Below are positions 25,668 to 38,431 of a DNA stretch of 64,000 bases, in pieces (the stretch's first letter is position 1; each line of letters starts with the position of its first letter). Below the pieces are notes generated by a model. That model was not told the DNA's origin and made no database searches. It saw only the letters and a list, made by a program, of their open reading frames with translations. Both the position numbers and the translations under genes were made by a program. This stretch comes from Malacoraja senta. Taxonomy: Eukaryota. The stretch covers positions 124,001 through 188,000 of the forward strand of contig JAXLNO010000655.1 in assembly GCA_038087875.1 (NCBI GenBank), given 5' to 3'.

Positions 25668-26560
25668 TACTGTATTGTATATCTTTATTGTCATTTCCTG
25701 AGTATTCACATACCCAGAGGAAACAAAAAAAACGTTACTCAACCAGTGTCCATTTCAATGTGCAGTAAAAAATAAATAGAAGTAAAAACACATATATCAT
25801 GAACAAATTAACACTCTACTCTCTACTAAACATCAACAAGCGTTCCGATCGGCAGCGGCACGACAGTGGCTCTGCTGCAGTGTGTCCAGGTTGGTGGTTG
25901 GTGCACGATACTTTGGCAGGGGGCAAAGTCCGTTTATCAGTCTTATAACCTGCGGGAAGAAGCTGAGGAGCATCCTGCTGGTTTTGCACCTAATGCTCCG
26001 GTACCTCTTCCCAGATGGCAGGATGGAGAATATGTGATGCGATGGGTGGTAGGGGTCTTTGATGATGGAGATGGCTCTGCTGATACATCTCTTCCTGTAT
26101 ATGTCCAGCAGGAAAGGGAGTGGAGCACCAATAATCCTGCTGGCGGTCTTCACAATCCTGTCTAGTTGGTGCCGTTCGTACGCCTTGCAGCTCCCGAACC
26201 AGGAAGTGATGCCATAGGTTAATGTGCTCTCGATTGTCCCCCTATAAAAAGTTCGTAGGTGTGTAGTGGGGAGACCTGCTTTACGTAGTCTTCGGAGAGG
26301 GTGTAGTCGCTGCTGGGCTCTCTTGACCAGTGCTGTGGTGTTGGTCGTGGACGTCAGGTCATCTGACAGGTGGAGTCCAAGGAACTTCACGCTGTTGACC
26401 CTTTCCACATCAGCTCCATCGATGTGCAGAGGTGTATGGTGTTGTTTTCCCGCCCTCCTGAAGTCAACCACCATCTCCTTAGTTTTTCCCACGTTGAGAA
26501 TGAGGTTGTGGGATTTGCACCATCCTGTGAGCAGCTCCACCTCCATCCTGTACGCCAACT
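25668..26560 (-). mobile_element. 5'-truncated Rex1/Babar LINE
   Basis: 245-aa ORF: WCKSHNLILNVGKTKEMVVDFRR...KFLGLHLSDDL...KRAQQRLHPLRRLRK...FYRGTIESTLTYGITSWFG...LPSGKRYRSI...SFFPQVIRLIN. Followed by a 3' UTR with a (TACAA)n tail. Confidence 0.9.
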
Positions 26561-27077
26561 CAAGCTGCACTGTACGACTCTAAGACCTCACCTCTGTTAA
26601 ACACCTGCAATGAATGACACATCTGTGCAAATTCATCAATACTGGGAGCAATCTGAAGTCTTGTTCATTGATTTCTATTCAAGCTTAAATGGTTGTTGTA
26701 CTCTGTTAGTGGCCTAAATAGCAGCTGCAGGAAGGTAAATAATTTATGAGTCTCTGGAACTGAAAACTGAGTTTTGCTTTTGTATTCCCATTCTCCCACA
26801 GGTCACATCCTTATCCAGAGCAACGTCCCATGCACCAGAATAATGATCTTGCCCGCCACATCCCGTGCAGGATGTCGATGAGAATGTACGCGGAGTATTG
26901 TTCAGTTCAGTTTAGTTTATTGTTTAAAGTACAGTGAAAAGCTTTTGTTGCGTGCTAACCAGTCAGCAGAATGACAATACATGATTACAATCGAGCCATT
27001 TACTGTCTATAGATACGTGATAAGGGAATAACGTTTAGTGCAAGGTAAAGCCAACAACGTTCGATCAAGGATAGTCT

Positions 27078-27925
27078 GTGTGTTTAAGAAGGAACTGCAG
27101 ATGCTGGAAAATCGAAGGTAGACAAAAATGCTGGAGAAACTCAGTGGGTGAGGCAGCATCTATGGAGCGAAGGAAATAGGCGACGTTTTGGGTCGAGACC
27201 CTTCTTCAGGCTGATGTGAGAGTGGGGGGGGGGCGGGAGGAAAGGAAGAGGCAGAGACAGTGGGCTGAGGGAGAGCTGGGAAGGGGAGGGGAAAGCAGGG
27301 ACTACCTGAAATTGGAGAAGTCAATGTTCATACCGCTGGGGTGTAAACTGCCCAAGCGAAATATGAGGTGCTGCTCCTCCAATTTACGGTGGGCCTCACT
27401 CTGGCCATGGAGGAGGCCCAGGTCAGATTCGGAATGGGAGGGGGAGTTGAAGTGCTGAGCCACCGGGAGATCAGTTTGGTTATTGCAAACCGAGCAGGGG
27501 TGTTGGGCGAAGCGATCGCCAAGCCTACGCTTGGTCTCACCGATGTAGAGCAGCTGACACCTAGAGCAGCGGATGCAATAGATGAGGTTGGAGGAGGTGC
27601 AGGTGAACCTCTGCCGCACCTGGAAAAACTACTTGGGTCCTTGAATGGAGTCAAGGGGGAAGGTAAAGTGACAAGTGTAGCATTTCCTGCGGTTGCAAGG
27701 GAAAGTACCAGGGGAGGGGGTGGTTTGGGTGGGAAAGGATGAATTGACCAGGGAGTTACGGAGGGAGCGGTCTCTGCGGAAAGCAGACAGGGGAGGAGAT
27801 GTTAAGATGTGGCCAGTGGTGGGATCACGTTGGCGAAAATGTCGGAGGATTATTTGTTGTATGTGACGGCTGGTAGGGTGGAAGGTGGGGACAAGGGGGA
27901 CTCTGTCCTTGTTACGTGTGTGGTG
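27078..27925 (-). mobile_element. Penelope-like element 3' fragment with GIY-YIG endonuclease
   Basis: FTCTSSNLIYCIRCSRCQLLYIGETKRRLGDRFAQH...VAQHFNSPSH...EEQHLIFRLGSLHP, followed by the shared Penelope 3' end. Confidence 0.88.
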
Positions 27926-28272
27926 ATAATAATAATAATGGATGGGATTTATATAGCGCCTTTCTAATACTCAAGGCGCTTTACATCGCATTATTCATTC
28001 ATTCCTCAGTCACACTCGGTGGTGGTGAGCTACTTCTGTAGCCACAGCTGGCCTGGGGCAGACTGACGGAAGCGTGGCTGCTAATCTGCGCCTACGGCCC
28101 CTCCGACCACCACCAATCACTCACACACATTCACACACATTCACACGCAGGCAAAGGTGGGTGAAGTGTCTTGCCCAAGGACACAACGACAGTATGCACT
28201 CCAAGCGGGATTCGAACCGGCTACCTTCCGGTTGCCAGCCGAACACTTAGCCCATTGCGCCATCTGTCGTCC
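27926..28272 (-). mobile_element. tRNA-derived CORE-SINE with L2-type tail (AFC-like)
   Basis: A box TGGCGCAATGG, B box GGTTCGAATCC, CORE-like TGTGTCCTTGGGCAAGACACTT, and tail GTAAAGCGCCTTGAG...AAGGCGCTATATAAAT..(ATT)n. Confidence 0.8.
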
Positions 28273-30632
28273 TATGACCGAGTGAGTTACGACAGGGGGG
28301 GATGGGGTTATGAGTGAGTTATGGATGGGGGGGATGGGGAGTCTGAGGGTCACCAATGAGATAGATAGTAGTTTAGCACTACTCTCTGGTTGATGATTCG
28401 GTGGCCTGAAAATAGCTGGGGAGAAATTGTCCCCGAATCTGGAGGAGAGTGTTTTCCACACCTATTGTGTGCAGTTCTGGTCAGCATGCAACAGGAATGA
28501 TGTTGTTAAGGTTCAGAGAGTGTGGAAAAGATTGACAAGGATGTTGGCACAAAAGACTGCAGATGCGGCACGGTGGTGCAGCGGTAGAGTTGCTGCCTTG
28601 CAGTACCAGAGACCCGGGTTCCATCCTGACTGCGGGTGCTGTCTGTACGGAGTTTATATGTTCACCCCGTGACCACGTGTGGGATTTCTCCGGGTGCTTC
28701 AGTTTCCCCTTGCACTCCAAAGACGTACAGGTTTGTAGGTTAATTGGCTTCGGTAAAAATAGTAAATTGTCCCAAGCGTGTCGGGCAGTGCTAGTGTACG
28801 GGGTGATTGTTGGTCGTGTGGACTCGGTGGGCCGAAGTTTCCCTGCTGTATCTCCAGACAAAAGTGCTGGAATCTTGATCAAAACACAAAGTGCTGGTAG
28901 AACAGCAGTTCAGTTAGCACCCTCTGTGCGAATGGACAGGTAACGTTTCAGACTGAAGATTTAAGAGTGTTTAATTCTCTGAAAATGGAACAATGAAATT
29001 CATAAACCCCTGTCTCACGGTGCGAGTCCACCCACGAGTGATCCCGAGTTAAAAACAAATCAAACTCGTGGTAATCACGTAGAATTAACGGAGCGGGAAC
29101 GTCGGAACTCGTGGACGTAACTTAGCGACCCGTAACGCTAACGGCAGGTACTCGGGAAACTTGTTAACTCGTGAAAAATTTTCAACATGTTGAAAGATTT
29201 CCACGAGTCAAATTTACTCTCGAAGGAAAAATTTGATACTTTTAAACTCGTTGTGATACCGTAGTAGCCCGTGAGTTTACTGTAGTGACTCGTGAGTAAC
29301 TGGTGGGTTTGGCCTGAGTGCCAGAAGTGAAATGTTGAAGATTAGTCAGATCTTAATGGAAAATTTTACAGTGATCTAACAATTCATTTTCAGTGAGTAA
29401 TGCCTTTCAATGATTGATACCAGACCTTGAACAAATGCAGTTCAAATGGACACCCGTTGCCTTAGCACAGCATGGCTTTTAGTATTACTAACTCCAAGGG
29501 AAGGGCACGGATCAGTTTTAGTGATGCAGCTCAAATAAACCAAACATTCAATGCAGGACAATGTTGATTTTACTTCGGAGTCACGTGAGTGACTACGTGA
29601 AGAACCCCGCCAGTGCGCCTGCACGTCATTACGTCAGATGTCTTGACGCAAACGGACGTGAGGAGCAGAGCTCCTCCACTGGTTTGTAGTTTTTCAACTA
29701 CAAGGTAAGTAAAAACTTTTTTCATGTTTTCCAGGTCCGTTTACTGTGGGTCTATGGGGATTTTTTCCACAGACGCCATGGGAAAAAACGGACAGGGGGA
29801 AGAGGCGAGCGACACAGCCGACAGAAAGTCAGGAAAGTCGGGAGTCTGCGGTTAGCGACCAACCGCCTCTAAACCCCGGTACAGTCGCCAGCGGTGAGCA
29901 TAGCGACTGTGGACCTGGGGCTGGTGAAAACACAGTCAGCGCCTGTCGGGCAAAAGACAAAGTTTAAATCCCAACGGAGGGAGTCCCAGGCAATGAAGAA
30001 GCTCCAGGGCTAGATACTGCTTTAGAGCGTATTGCCCAAATAGAAAGCCTTTTACATAGGCTGTTGGAGCAAAGTTCACTCAGGAAGCTGCTGGAAGCAG
30101 CTTAACAGCACCTGGCTCAGGGCTGATGGAATGCACCCTCAGGGATGAGCGTGCTACGGGTCATGAGATTTCAGACCCAGACTCTGACGGTGAGGCTGTA
30201 CAAGGCGATGAACGGCAGCTGCCAGATGTTCCACCCCTGGCAGTAGGATTCGCTGCCCCGTCAGGGTCAGGAGAGCCATTAGGAGAAGAACTGGCCTCCT
30301 TAATAAATTACTTGGTTTACCATTAGCTGGAACAGCAGGAGATGGATGAGACTGCAAGAAAGCAGGAGACCCCAAGTATCTGTGGGTTGCTGAAAGCAGA
30401 AGCAGTGAACCAAATTATCTGGAATCAGTTGCAGAGAATATTAAAGCTGCTGGGTTCTGGAATAACTGCTTTTACCAGAATAGCAGATAACAGCCAAGAG
30501 ATGACGAAGTTGCATCTGGAAGCACTGGGGTTGCTATGCAGCACCCACTTCGAGATCAATTATCTGAGGAAGGTGCTATACGGCCTACTATGAATCCGAA
30601 ATTCGCAGCACTCTGCAAACCAAGTAATATAC

Positions 30633-30832
30633 NNNNNNNNNNNNNNNNNNNNNNNNNNNNNNNNNNNNNNNNNNNNNNNNNNNNNNNNNNNNNNNNNNNN
30701 NNNNNNNNNNNNNNNNNNNNNNNNNNNNNNNNNNNNNNNNNNNNNNNNNNNNNNNNNNNNNNNNNNNNNNNNNNNNNNNNNNNNNNNNNNNNNNNNNNNN
30801 NNNNNNNNNNNNNNNNNNNNNNNNNNNNNNNN
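30633..30832. other. Assembly gap (200 N)
   Basis: Run of N inside DIRS copy 2. Confidence 1.
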
Positions 30833-32020
30833 TCCAGCATGTTCCTAGCAGAACTCTCCACTTTGCGAAGTAATGGAGGTTCAAGCTGCGCTTCAAAACC
30901 CTATATATAAAAGGTGTTTTTGAAGAATCAGTCTACCAAATTCACCAATTTGGGTCAAATATATTCCCTCGATCAAAAAAGGATGGAGGATGTAGGATGA
31001 TTATAGACTTGACAAGTCTGAATCCTTTTGTTCAGTGTCTGTTCACTTGCAAGATATGAAGTATCTTAAAATTTGAATGGATGAACCAATTAGGGCAGTT
31101 CAAAGCTCTGCCTAATGGGTTAACGTTCGCTCCCAGAATATTCATAAAATTGTTAAAATCAATTCTGGGGTTGCTGAGAGCCAGGGGCATGTACTAATGG
31201 CATACCTGGATGATGTCCTGATTATAGGAAGGACAAAACAGTCAACAGAAGCATCAGTTGCAGTTATGAAATCAAACTTTTGAAAGTTTGGGGGTTTCTA
31301 AATTCATCCAAAGAAATCAAGGTTAAAAACATGTACCTCAATTGATTATTTGGGGTTCACAATTGATTCAGCCCAAATGCAAATTACTTTGCCCAGTGAA
31401 AAAAGGGTGGAGTTGATTAAAGATTGCAGTAATCTGTTAAACGAGCAAAAACCTCTAATCAGACAGGTGGCTCGAGTACTGGGAAAATTAGTAGATTCCC
31501 AGCAGTCCAGTATGGACCATTACATTATCAACAGCTGCAGAGAATCAAAGAACAGGCACTGAGAATAAATGCTGCTCATTTTGATAGAGCCATGCAAGTA
31601 ACAACAAATGCTGTTTGTAATCTGCAGTGGTGGATTCTACATATCTCAAGCAGTTCAGGCAAAGTGCTGATTGAACAACTTTCCATGATAGTACAAACTG
31701 ATGCCAGTGCACTAGGATGGGGTGCAACTGACTTAACATCTAGCTGCGGAGGCAGATGGAATCAGGAAGAGTTATTGTTACTGCAGACATGGGGAATTAC
31801 CTATTTGGAGCTTTTAGGAGGTTTCTATGGACTCCAAGCTTGTGGTTCTAACACAACTAAAAGGAAGGTTCAAGTTAAAATTAATAAACAACAGCAGTTG
31901 CCTATATTAATGATATGGGTGGAATTAAGTCGGAGTCATGTGACAAAATAGTTAAATCAACTTTGGTCTTGGTGTATTGAACAGAACATTTGGATTTCAG
32001 CTATCTATCTACCAGGTAGA

Positions 32021-32401
32021 ATGAACACGATAGCAGACACCAGGTCACGAAAGTTCCATGATAATAAAGAATGGAATGATATAGTAATCAGATTTGGAAT
32101 GCCCGACATCGACTTGAATCATCAGCTATCGAGATATGTCTCATGGAAACCAGATCCAGGAGCAGTGGCGATTGATGCTTTCTCGCTACATTGGGGTGGT
32201 ATGTTTTCATATATATTTCCACCTTTCTTCCTCATAAGCCAATGTTTGCTGAAAATCAGGCAAGATGCTGCTTCAAGGGTATTGGTAGTACCAGATTGGC
32301 CTACACAGCCATGGTATCCGTTGATATTAGAATTAACAACACAAATGTTGATGAAAGTCCCAAAAAGGAGTAATTTATTGCTGCACCCTGTAACAGGGTA
32401 A
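32021..32401 (+). pseudogene. DIRS DNA N6-adenine methyltransferase-like domain (fragment)
   Basis: AVAIDAFSLHW...YIFPPFFLISQCLLKIRQD...VLVVPDWPTQPWYP, the MT domain that follows RNase H in DIRS1 elements. Confidence 0.8.
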
Positions 32402-32417
32402 CAACATCCATTATATG

Positions 32418-33520
32418 TTGTTAAAGAAGGAACTGCAGATGCTGGAAAATCGAAGGTACACAAAAATGCTGGAGAAACTCAGCGGGTGCAGCAGCATCTA
32501 TGGAGCGAAGGAAATAGGCAACGTTTCGGGCCGAAACCCTTCTTCAGACTGATAGGGGGTGGGGAGAAGAAAGGAAAAAAGGAAAAAGGCGGAGGAGGAG
32601 CCTCAGGGCTGGGGGAGGGGAGCAGACAACCAGAGGGCTGATGAAGGGGAGGGGACAGCAAGGGCTAGCAGAATTGGGAGAATTCAATGTTCAAGCCCCC
32701 AGGATGTAGACTGCCCAAGCGGAATATGAGGTGCATTTCCTCCAATTTACGGTGTTGCTCGCTGTGGCCATGGAGGAGACCCAGGACAGAGAGGTCAGAT
32801 ACGGAATGGGAGGGGGAATTGAAGTGCTGAGCCACCGGGAGGTCAAGTTGGTTAATGCGGACCGACCGGCGGTGTTCGGCGAAACGATCGCCAAGCCTCC
32901 GCTTGGCCTCACCGATGTGTACTTGGTACTTTCCCTTGCAACCGCAAGAGATGCAACACTTGTCCCTTCACCTCCCCCCTCGACTCCATTCAAGGACCCA
33001 AGCAGTCGTTCCAGGTGCGACAGAGGTTCACCTGCATCTCCTCCAACCTCATCTATTGCATCCGCTGCTCTAGATGCCAGCTGATCTACATCGGTGAGAC
33101 CAAGTGGAGGCTTGGCGATCGTTTCGCCGAACACCTCCGGTCGGTCCGCATTAACCAACTTGACCTCCCGGTGGCTCAGCACTTCAACTCCCCCTCCCAT
33201 TCCGTATCTGACCTCTCTGTCCTGGGTCTCCTCCATGGCCACAGCGAGCAACACCGTAAATGCACCTCATATTCTGCTGGGGGCTTGAACATTGAATTCT
33301 CCCAATTCTGCTAGCCCTTGCTGTCCCCTCCCCTTCATCAGCCCTCTGGTTGTCTCCTCCCCTCCCCCAGCCCTCAGGCTCCTCCTCCGCCTTTTTCCTT
33401 TTTTCCTTTCTTCTCCCCACCCCCTATCAGTCTGAAGAAGGGTTTCGGCCCGAAACGTTGCCTATTTCCTTCGCTCCATAGATGCTGCTGCACCCGCTGA
33501 GTTTCTCCAGCATTTTTGTG
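32418..33520. mobile_element. Penelope-like inverted (fold-back) insertion inside DIRS copy 2
   Basis: A minus arm (32418-~32918) and a plus arm (~32919-33520) both carry GIY-YIG sequence (LIYCIRCSRCQLIYIGETK). Duplication CATCCATTATATG at 32405-32417 and 33523-33535. Confidence 0.9.
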
Positions 33521-33569
33521 AGCATCCATTATATGATTGTTTGGATTTGTTGATTTGCAGGTTTTAAGA

Positions 33570-34530
33570 ATGCCTTTTCTGGGACGAGGACTGTCTGAGC
33601 GTACGGTGGACATGCTTACGGCAGCCTGGAGGAAGAGCACTCAAAAACAGTACCTGTCTTATATTAAGAAATGGGAAGAGTTCTGTGTACAAAAGAATGT
33701 GCAATAAAGTACTGCAGATATTTCAAATGTTTAGAATTTCTGTCAAAACTTTATTATGATGAAGGTCTGAGTTGTAGTGCAATTAATTCAGCCAGAAGTG
33801 CATTGTCCTCATATTTGGTTCTGGAGTCAGAAAGAAACCCAATTGGGTCACACCCAATTGTTTCCAGACTAATGAAAGGAATCTTTAATTCCAAACCACC
33901 GAAACCTAGGTACATGACAATCTGGGAGGTAAGTGTGGTACTGAAACTACTTCGTGAATGGTCATCAAGTGTGTCTTTACCTTTGGCTAAGCTCAGTATG
34001 AAAGTATTAATGCTTATGGCATGAGTGACAGCACAACGAGTGCAAACACTTGGAAAATTACAAATAGACAGTATGGAAGTAACTGAAGACAAGGTTACAT
34101 TCTATATCTATGACCTACTAAAGCAAATTAGGCCAGGAGTGACAGGATTTAAAATTATACTAGCAGTATATCCAAATGATCCTTGTCTCGGTATTAAGAC
34201 ATATGTGTTAGAATACATTGAGGTCACAAAGAATTTGAGAAATACGGAAACTGGGTTGTTGATCACACAAGAAACCACACAAGAGAGTTTCAATACAGAC
34301 TATTTCCAGATGGATAAAATAAGTCTTAACAGCTGCTGGTATTAACACTTATGTTTTTACGTCTCACTCGACTAGGGCAGCAGAAATGTCGGCGGCCAGG
34401 GCATAAGACGTCCCCGTCGACCATATCCTCGCAGCCGCCGGGTGGTCCAATGAGTTGATGTTTCAACATTTTTACCATCGGCCTATTGTTAATGCGGGAT
34501 TGTTTGCAGAAACTATTTTAAGTTCTGTGT
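33570..34530 (+). pseudogene. DIRS tyrosine recombinase (frameshifted, with stops)
   Basis: INSARSALSS...GSHPIVSRLMKGIFNSKPPKPRY...TAQRV, then HSTR, AGW and FQHFY, giving the catalytic R, HxxR, W and Y residues. Confidence 0.88.
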
Positions 34531-37500
34531 AAATTTCTCTGGTTTAAAGGGGATCTGATTAATTTCATTATTGAAATGAATTACTGCATTTCTGGTACAA
34601 ATGTTATTATGAATGCATGATTGATTATTTCTCGTTCCGAGTCAATCAATGCAGTGAGAAGCCGGGATTGATCCACGGCATGAAATCACAAAGCTTTAAG
34701 ATCTTCACGTAGTCACTCACGTGACTCCGAAGTAAAATAGTAAGATTAAACGAGAATTTACCTAAGTTTGAAGTTTGATCTTTATTTTATGAGGAGTTAC
34801 GTAGGTCATTACGTGCCCGCCACGACCCTACCCTCTATCATAAAGGTCAGATGGAAGTTCTTGTAATACTCCTTTTATTATGAGACTATATTACTTCGGT
34901 TGTTGTTTTTTGTGATTTCACACCGCTGCTTTGAAGATTGACGCGCAGGCGCACTGGCGGGGTTCTTCACGTAATCACCTACGTAACTCCTCATAAAATA
35001 AAGATCAAACTTCAAACTTAGGTAAGTTCTCGTTTAATCTTACTAGTTGAGGCAGCTTCATTGAGTTGTCCTGGTTTTCTTTGGAAAGCGAGTTAAGCGT
35101 TTCTCAGTTGCAATCTTAATGTGGTTCATCTCAAGTTAAAGAGGCAAATGCAACAAGTTTGAGCACTTTTGGAAGGATTGTTTCTTGAAACGAACTGCTC
35201 TAAAAGTTTGAAGGAAGGAATTGCAGATACTAGTTTATCTCTGGAGAAAAGAAATGGGTGATGTTTCGGGTTGAGATTGTTCTTCAGGCTGGGTCTTAGC
35301 CTGAAGAAGGGTCCCGTCCCGAGACGCCGCCTACTCCTTTTCTCAAGAGATGTTGCCTGGCCCGTGGAGTTACTCGAGCCTTTTGTGTCTATCTTTGGTT
35401 TAAACTAGCATCTGCAATTCCTTCCTTCCAAACTTCCTTCCTTCAAACGTCACCGATTCCTTTTCTCCAGAAATGTTGCGTGACCCGTTGCGTTAACTCG
35501 GCAGCTGGACAGAGGGAAAAAAAAGGTGTGTAAAGAAAGGTTCGCCAAGTCTGTCTGCCGGGAATGATCCCCTGATGCTGGAGACACCTGTGGGAATCTC
35601 ACCTTAGCCTTCGGAATCGAGCGACCAACAACCAATATTTCCAGATTTCCAAGGGCAGGTCACTTCCCTTGTTTATGTGCCTTTCACATTACTGCTTCAG
35701 AGGTTTGATGCGTTATGTGGGGCGGGGAGTGAATGCATTCCTGTTTGAATAAGTGTTAGGAAGGAACTGCAGATGGTGGTTTACACCGAAGACAAGCACA
35801 AAAAGCTGGAGTAGCTCAGCGGGTCATGCAGCATCGCTGAAAAAAAGAGTCTCGACCCGAAGCGTCGCCTATTCCTTTTCTCCGGAGATGCCGTCTGACC
35901 CGCTGAGTTACTCCAGCTTTTTGTGTCCATCTCTTGTTTGAATAAGATTATTTGAAAATGAAATGATCCACACCAACTCTTAAAAATAAATCGCCTTTAT
36001 GTGAAAAATAAACCAATTGCAAAACTTTGCCAACACGAAGGGGAATATTCTTTGGGGTCGTTCGCTACCATCCGCAGTCACGGATAAAACAGTGCAGGAT
36101 ATGATAACGTGGCCAATGTTACAGGTGTGAGGCAAGATCCCCAAAATACAGTCTGCCGAGCGATGAATAAACAGGGGTGAGAAATGTACTAACCGTCAGC
36201 CTATTTATTGAAAAATCCCCAAACTCGGGTTCAGTGAGTTTAACAAAGTACATTAGACAAGAAACATTTACAAATAGTGAAGCTTCGCGTATGGCAGCAC
36301 ACACACCTGGTGAAAATGTCCCAAAGGGCGGAAACAGGCCCTTTGGCCCACTGAGCCAGCCATCAAACACTCATTTACCTCAATCTCTTTTCTGCCCGCA
36401 TTCACATCTATTTCCCACCTGAGCCCCATTCGACCACTCACCGACACACCGGGGGAAGGTGACAATCCTTCAGGTGTGTTTGCCATTCATTTCTCATCGA
36501 GTCATGGGTTCATACAACACAGCGGGTGTTGCGGGGAGCATTCATACAACAAAGCAGCGTGCGGGGAGCGAAAGAGAGCACTTGGGGGAAACTCCATAAA
36601 ATAGTACCGGAAGTTAGAATCGTACCCGGGTCCCTGGAGCAGTGACACACGCAGCTCAAGTGAACGTATAATGAAATGAATGAGGACAGACAATAATCAG
36701 ATTAATTGAACTCATCAAAGGGCGTAGATTTAACGTGAGCAGCAGGCGGAATAGAGGGCATCTGATGATTTTTTTCTCAACCCAGTAAGTAGTGTAGCCG
36801 TAATCTGAGAACGCGACGGAGGCAGGTTTACGAAGTATATGGGCCAGAACTCGAATAACGGTCGGGAAGGCTATGGTTGGAATGGACATGGTGGGCGGAG
36901 GAGCCTGTTTCTATGTTGTATGAACCCATGACTCAATGAGAAATGAGTGGCAAAAACACCTGGAAGATTGTGAGATAATGATCATGGATGACTTTTAATG
37001 GAAAGTCCACATACAGATAGACAGCCAAGAAGAACTTCATATCTACACTCAGATGGACTGGCTGATGGAGGAGATAGGAGTTGGGGAAAGAGAGGAAAAG
37101 CCCGAGAGGAATACAGGGAAAGGGATATTGGAAAAGACAGATGCTGGAATCCTGAAACGCATGTCAAAACATTTAAAAGGTATAAACACATAGCAAATAG
37201 GTGCAGGAGTAGGCCATTCGGCCCTTGGAGCCAGCATTGCCATTCAATATGATCATGGCTGATCATCCAAAATCAGTACCCTGTTTCTGCTTTCTCTCCA
37301 TATCCATAACCCTGAGAACTTTAAACATGGGAGGCTTTTTATAGTAAAAAAAAAAAACTGCATGACATCATTTTTACCATGTGATGATTTTTCCACACGT
37401 CGGTAGTCGTTGTTGGCTCAAGAGTAACTCGGGAGAGGAACTTGGTAAATCGGGAGAGGAACTTGGTACATCGCAGAAATGAGAAGTAAACGGCAAACTT

Positions 37501-38431
37501 AGACATACCATGGGAACTCGTTTCAACTCGTGAACATAAACTTGGAATCTCGTAGAAAACCACGAGTTTGATTTTTTCTTTCACTCGGGATCACTCGTGG
37601 GTGGACTCGCACCGTGAGACAGGGCTATTACTTGCAGCAGTTTAGAAAAGTTGTCTAAGGATACAGACAAACATAGATCAGCTGGAAACTTTGCCATATC
37701 ATTCTAACCCAGTGAAGAGTGAGATTGAGTGATTTAGGAAGTTAAATTCTGGTAGGGCATGCAAGGTAAATGGCAGAAACCTTAGTAATGTAGTTGTACA
37801 GAGAGACCTTTGGTGCAAGTCCATGGCACCCTGAAATTGGTGACACAAGTGGATAGGGTAGTTTAGGTTTCAGTTTACAGATACAGCATTAAAACCGGCT
37901 CCTCAGCCCACCGAATGTGTGCCGACCACAGTCACAATGATGATAGACACAAAATGCTGGAGTAACTCAGCGGGACAGGCAGAATGTCCAGCGGAGATTC
38001 CAGGGATGCTGTCTGTCCCACTGAGTTACCTAAATTTGGAGAATTCAAATCATTGGGTTGTAAGCTAACCAGGCTGAATATGAGGTTTGCAAACTAGTGC
38101 AAACTCCATAATGGAATAAGGTTACCAGAGGAGAGGATTCCAGGCATCCATGAGGTGGTGCATGCATCATCCCCATTAACTCCTGGGGACATTATGGATG
38201 AAGACATGAACAAAAGGCCCCTTTTAGATAAATGGCACATATCCCGTGTACAACATGATATGCCTGGATAGCATGCAAAACAAAGTTTCTCACTACATCC
38301 TGATGCGCGTGACGAAGATAAACCAATACTTATACCACTACCCATATAGCAGGGATGTTTCTCCTGTATTCTCAGGGAAGTATACAATTTTCAACCAGCA
38401 TCATATAAAACAGAGAGGGTTAAAATAGATA

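Larger units (their letters stand above)
29567..35045 (+). mobile_element. DIRS1-type retrotransposon, copy 2 (contains the assembly gap and a Penelope insertion)
   Basis: Same ITR/ICR architecture (ICR 34703-34815). Gag remnants, RT YLDD (~31203), RNase H TDASALGWGA, methyltransferase-like YIFPPF and tyrosine recombinase remnants. Confidence 0.93.
29005..37627. mobile_element. Harbinger-like TIR element enclosing ~8 kb of passenger DNA
   Basis: 42-bp perfect inverted repeat CCCTGTCTCACGGTGCGAGTCCACCCACGAGTGATCCCGAGT at both ends, extending to ~68 bp with mismatches. Flanks ATA/TTA; the outer flanks rejoin as aacaatgaaattc-TTA-cttgcagcag. Confidence 0.8.

Noticed and set aside
32021..32401. 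Phage-like adenine methyltransferase and integrase suggesting prokaryotic contamination or a novel system
   Set aside because: MT and YR domains are standard parts of DIRS1 retrotransposons and lie within the ITR/ICR-bounded element.
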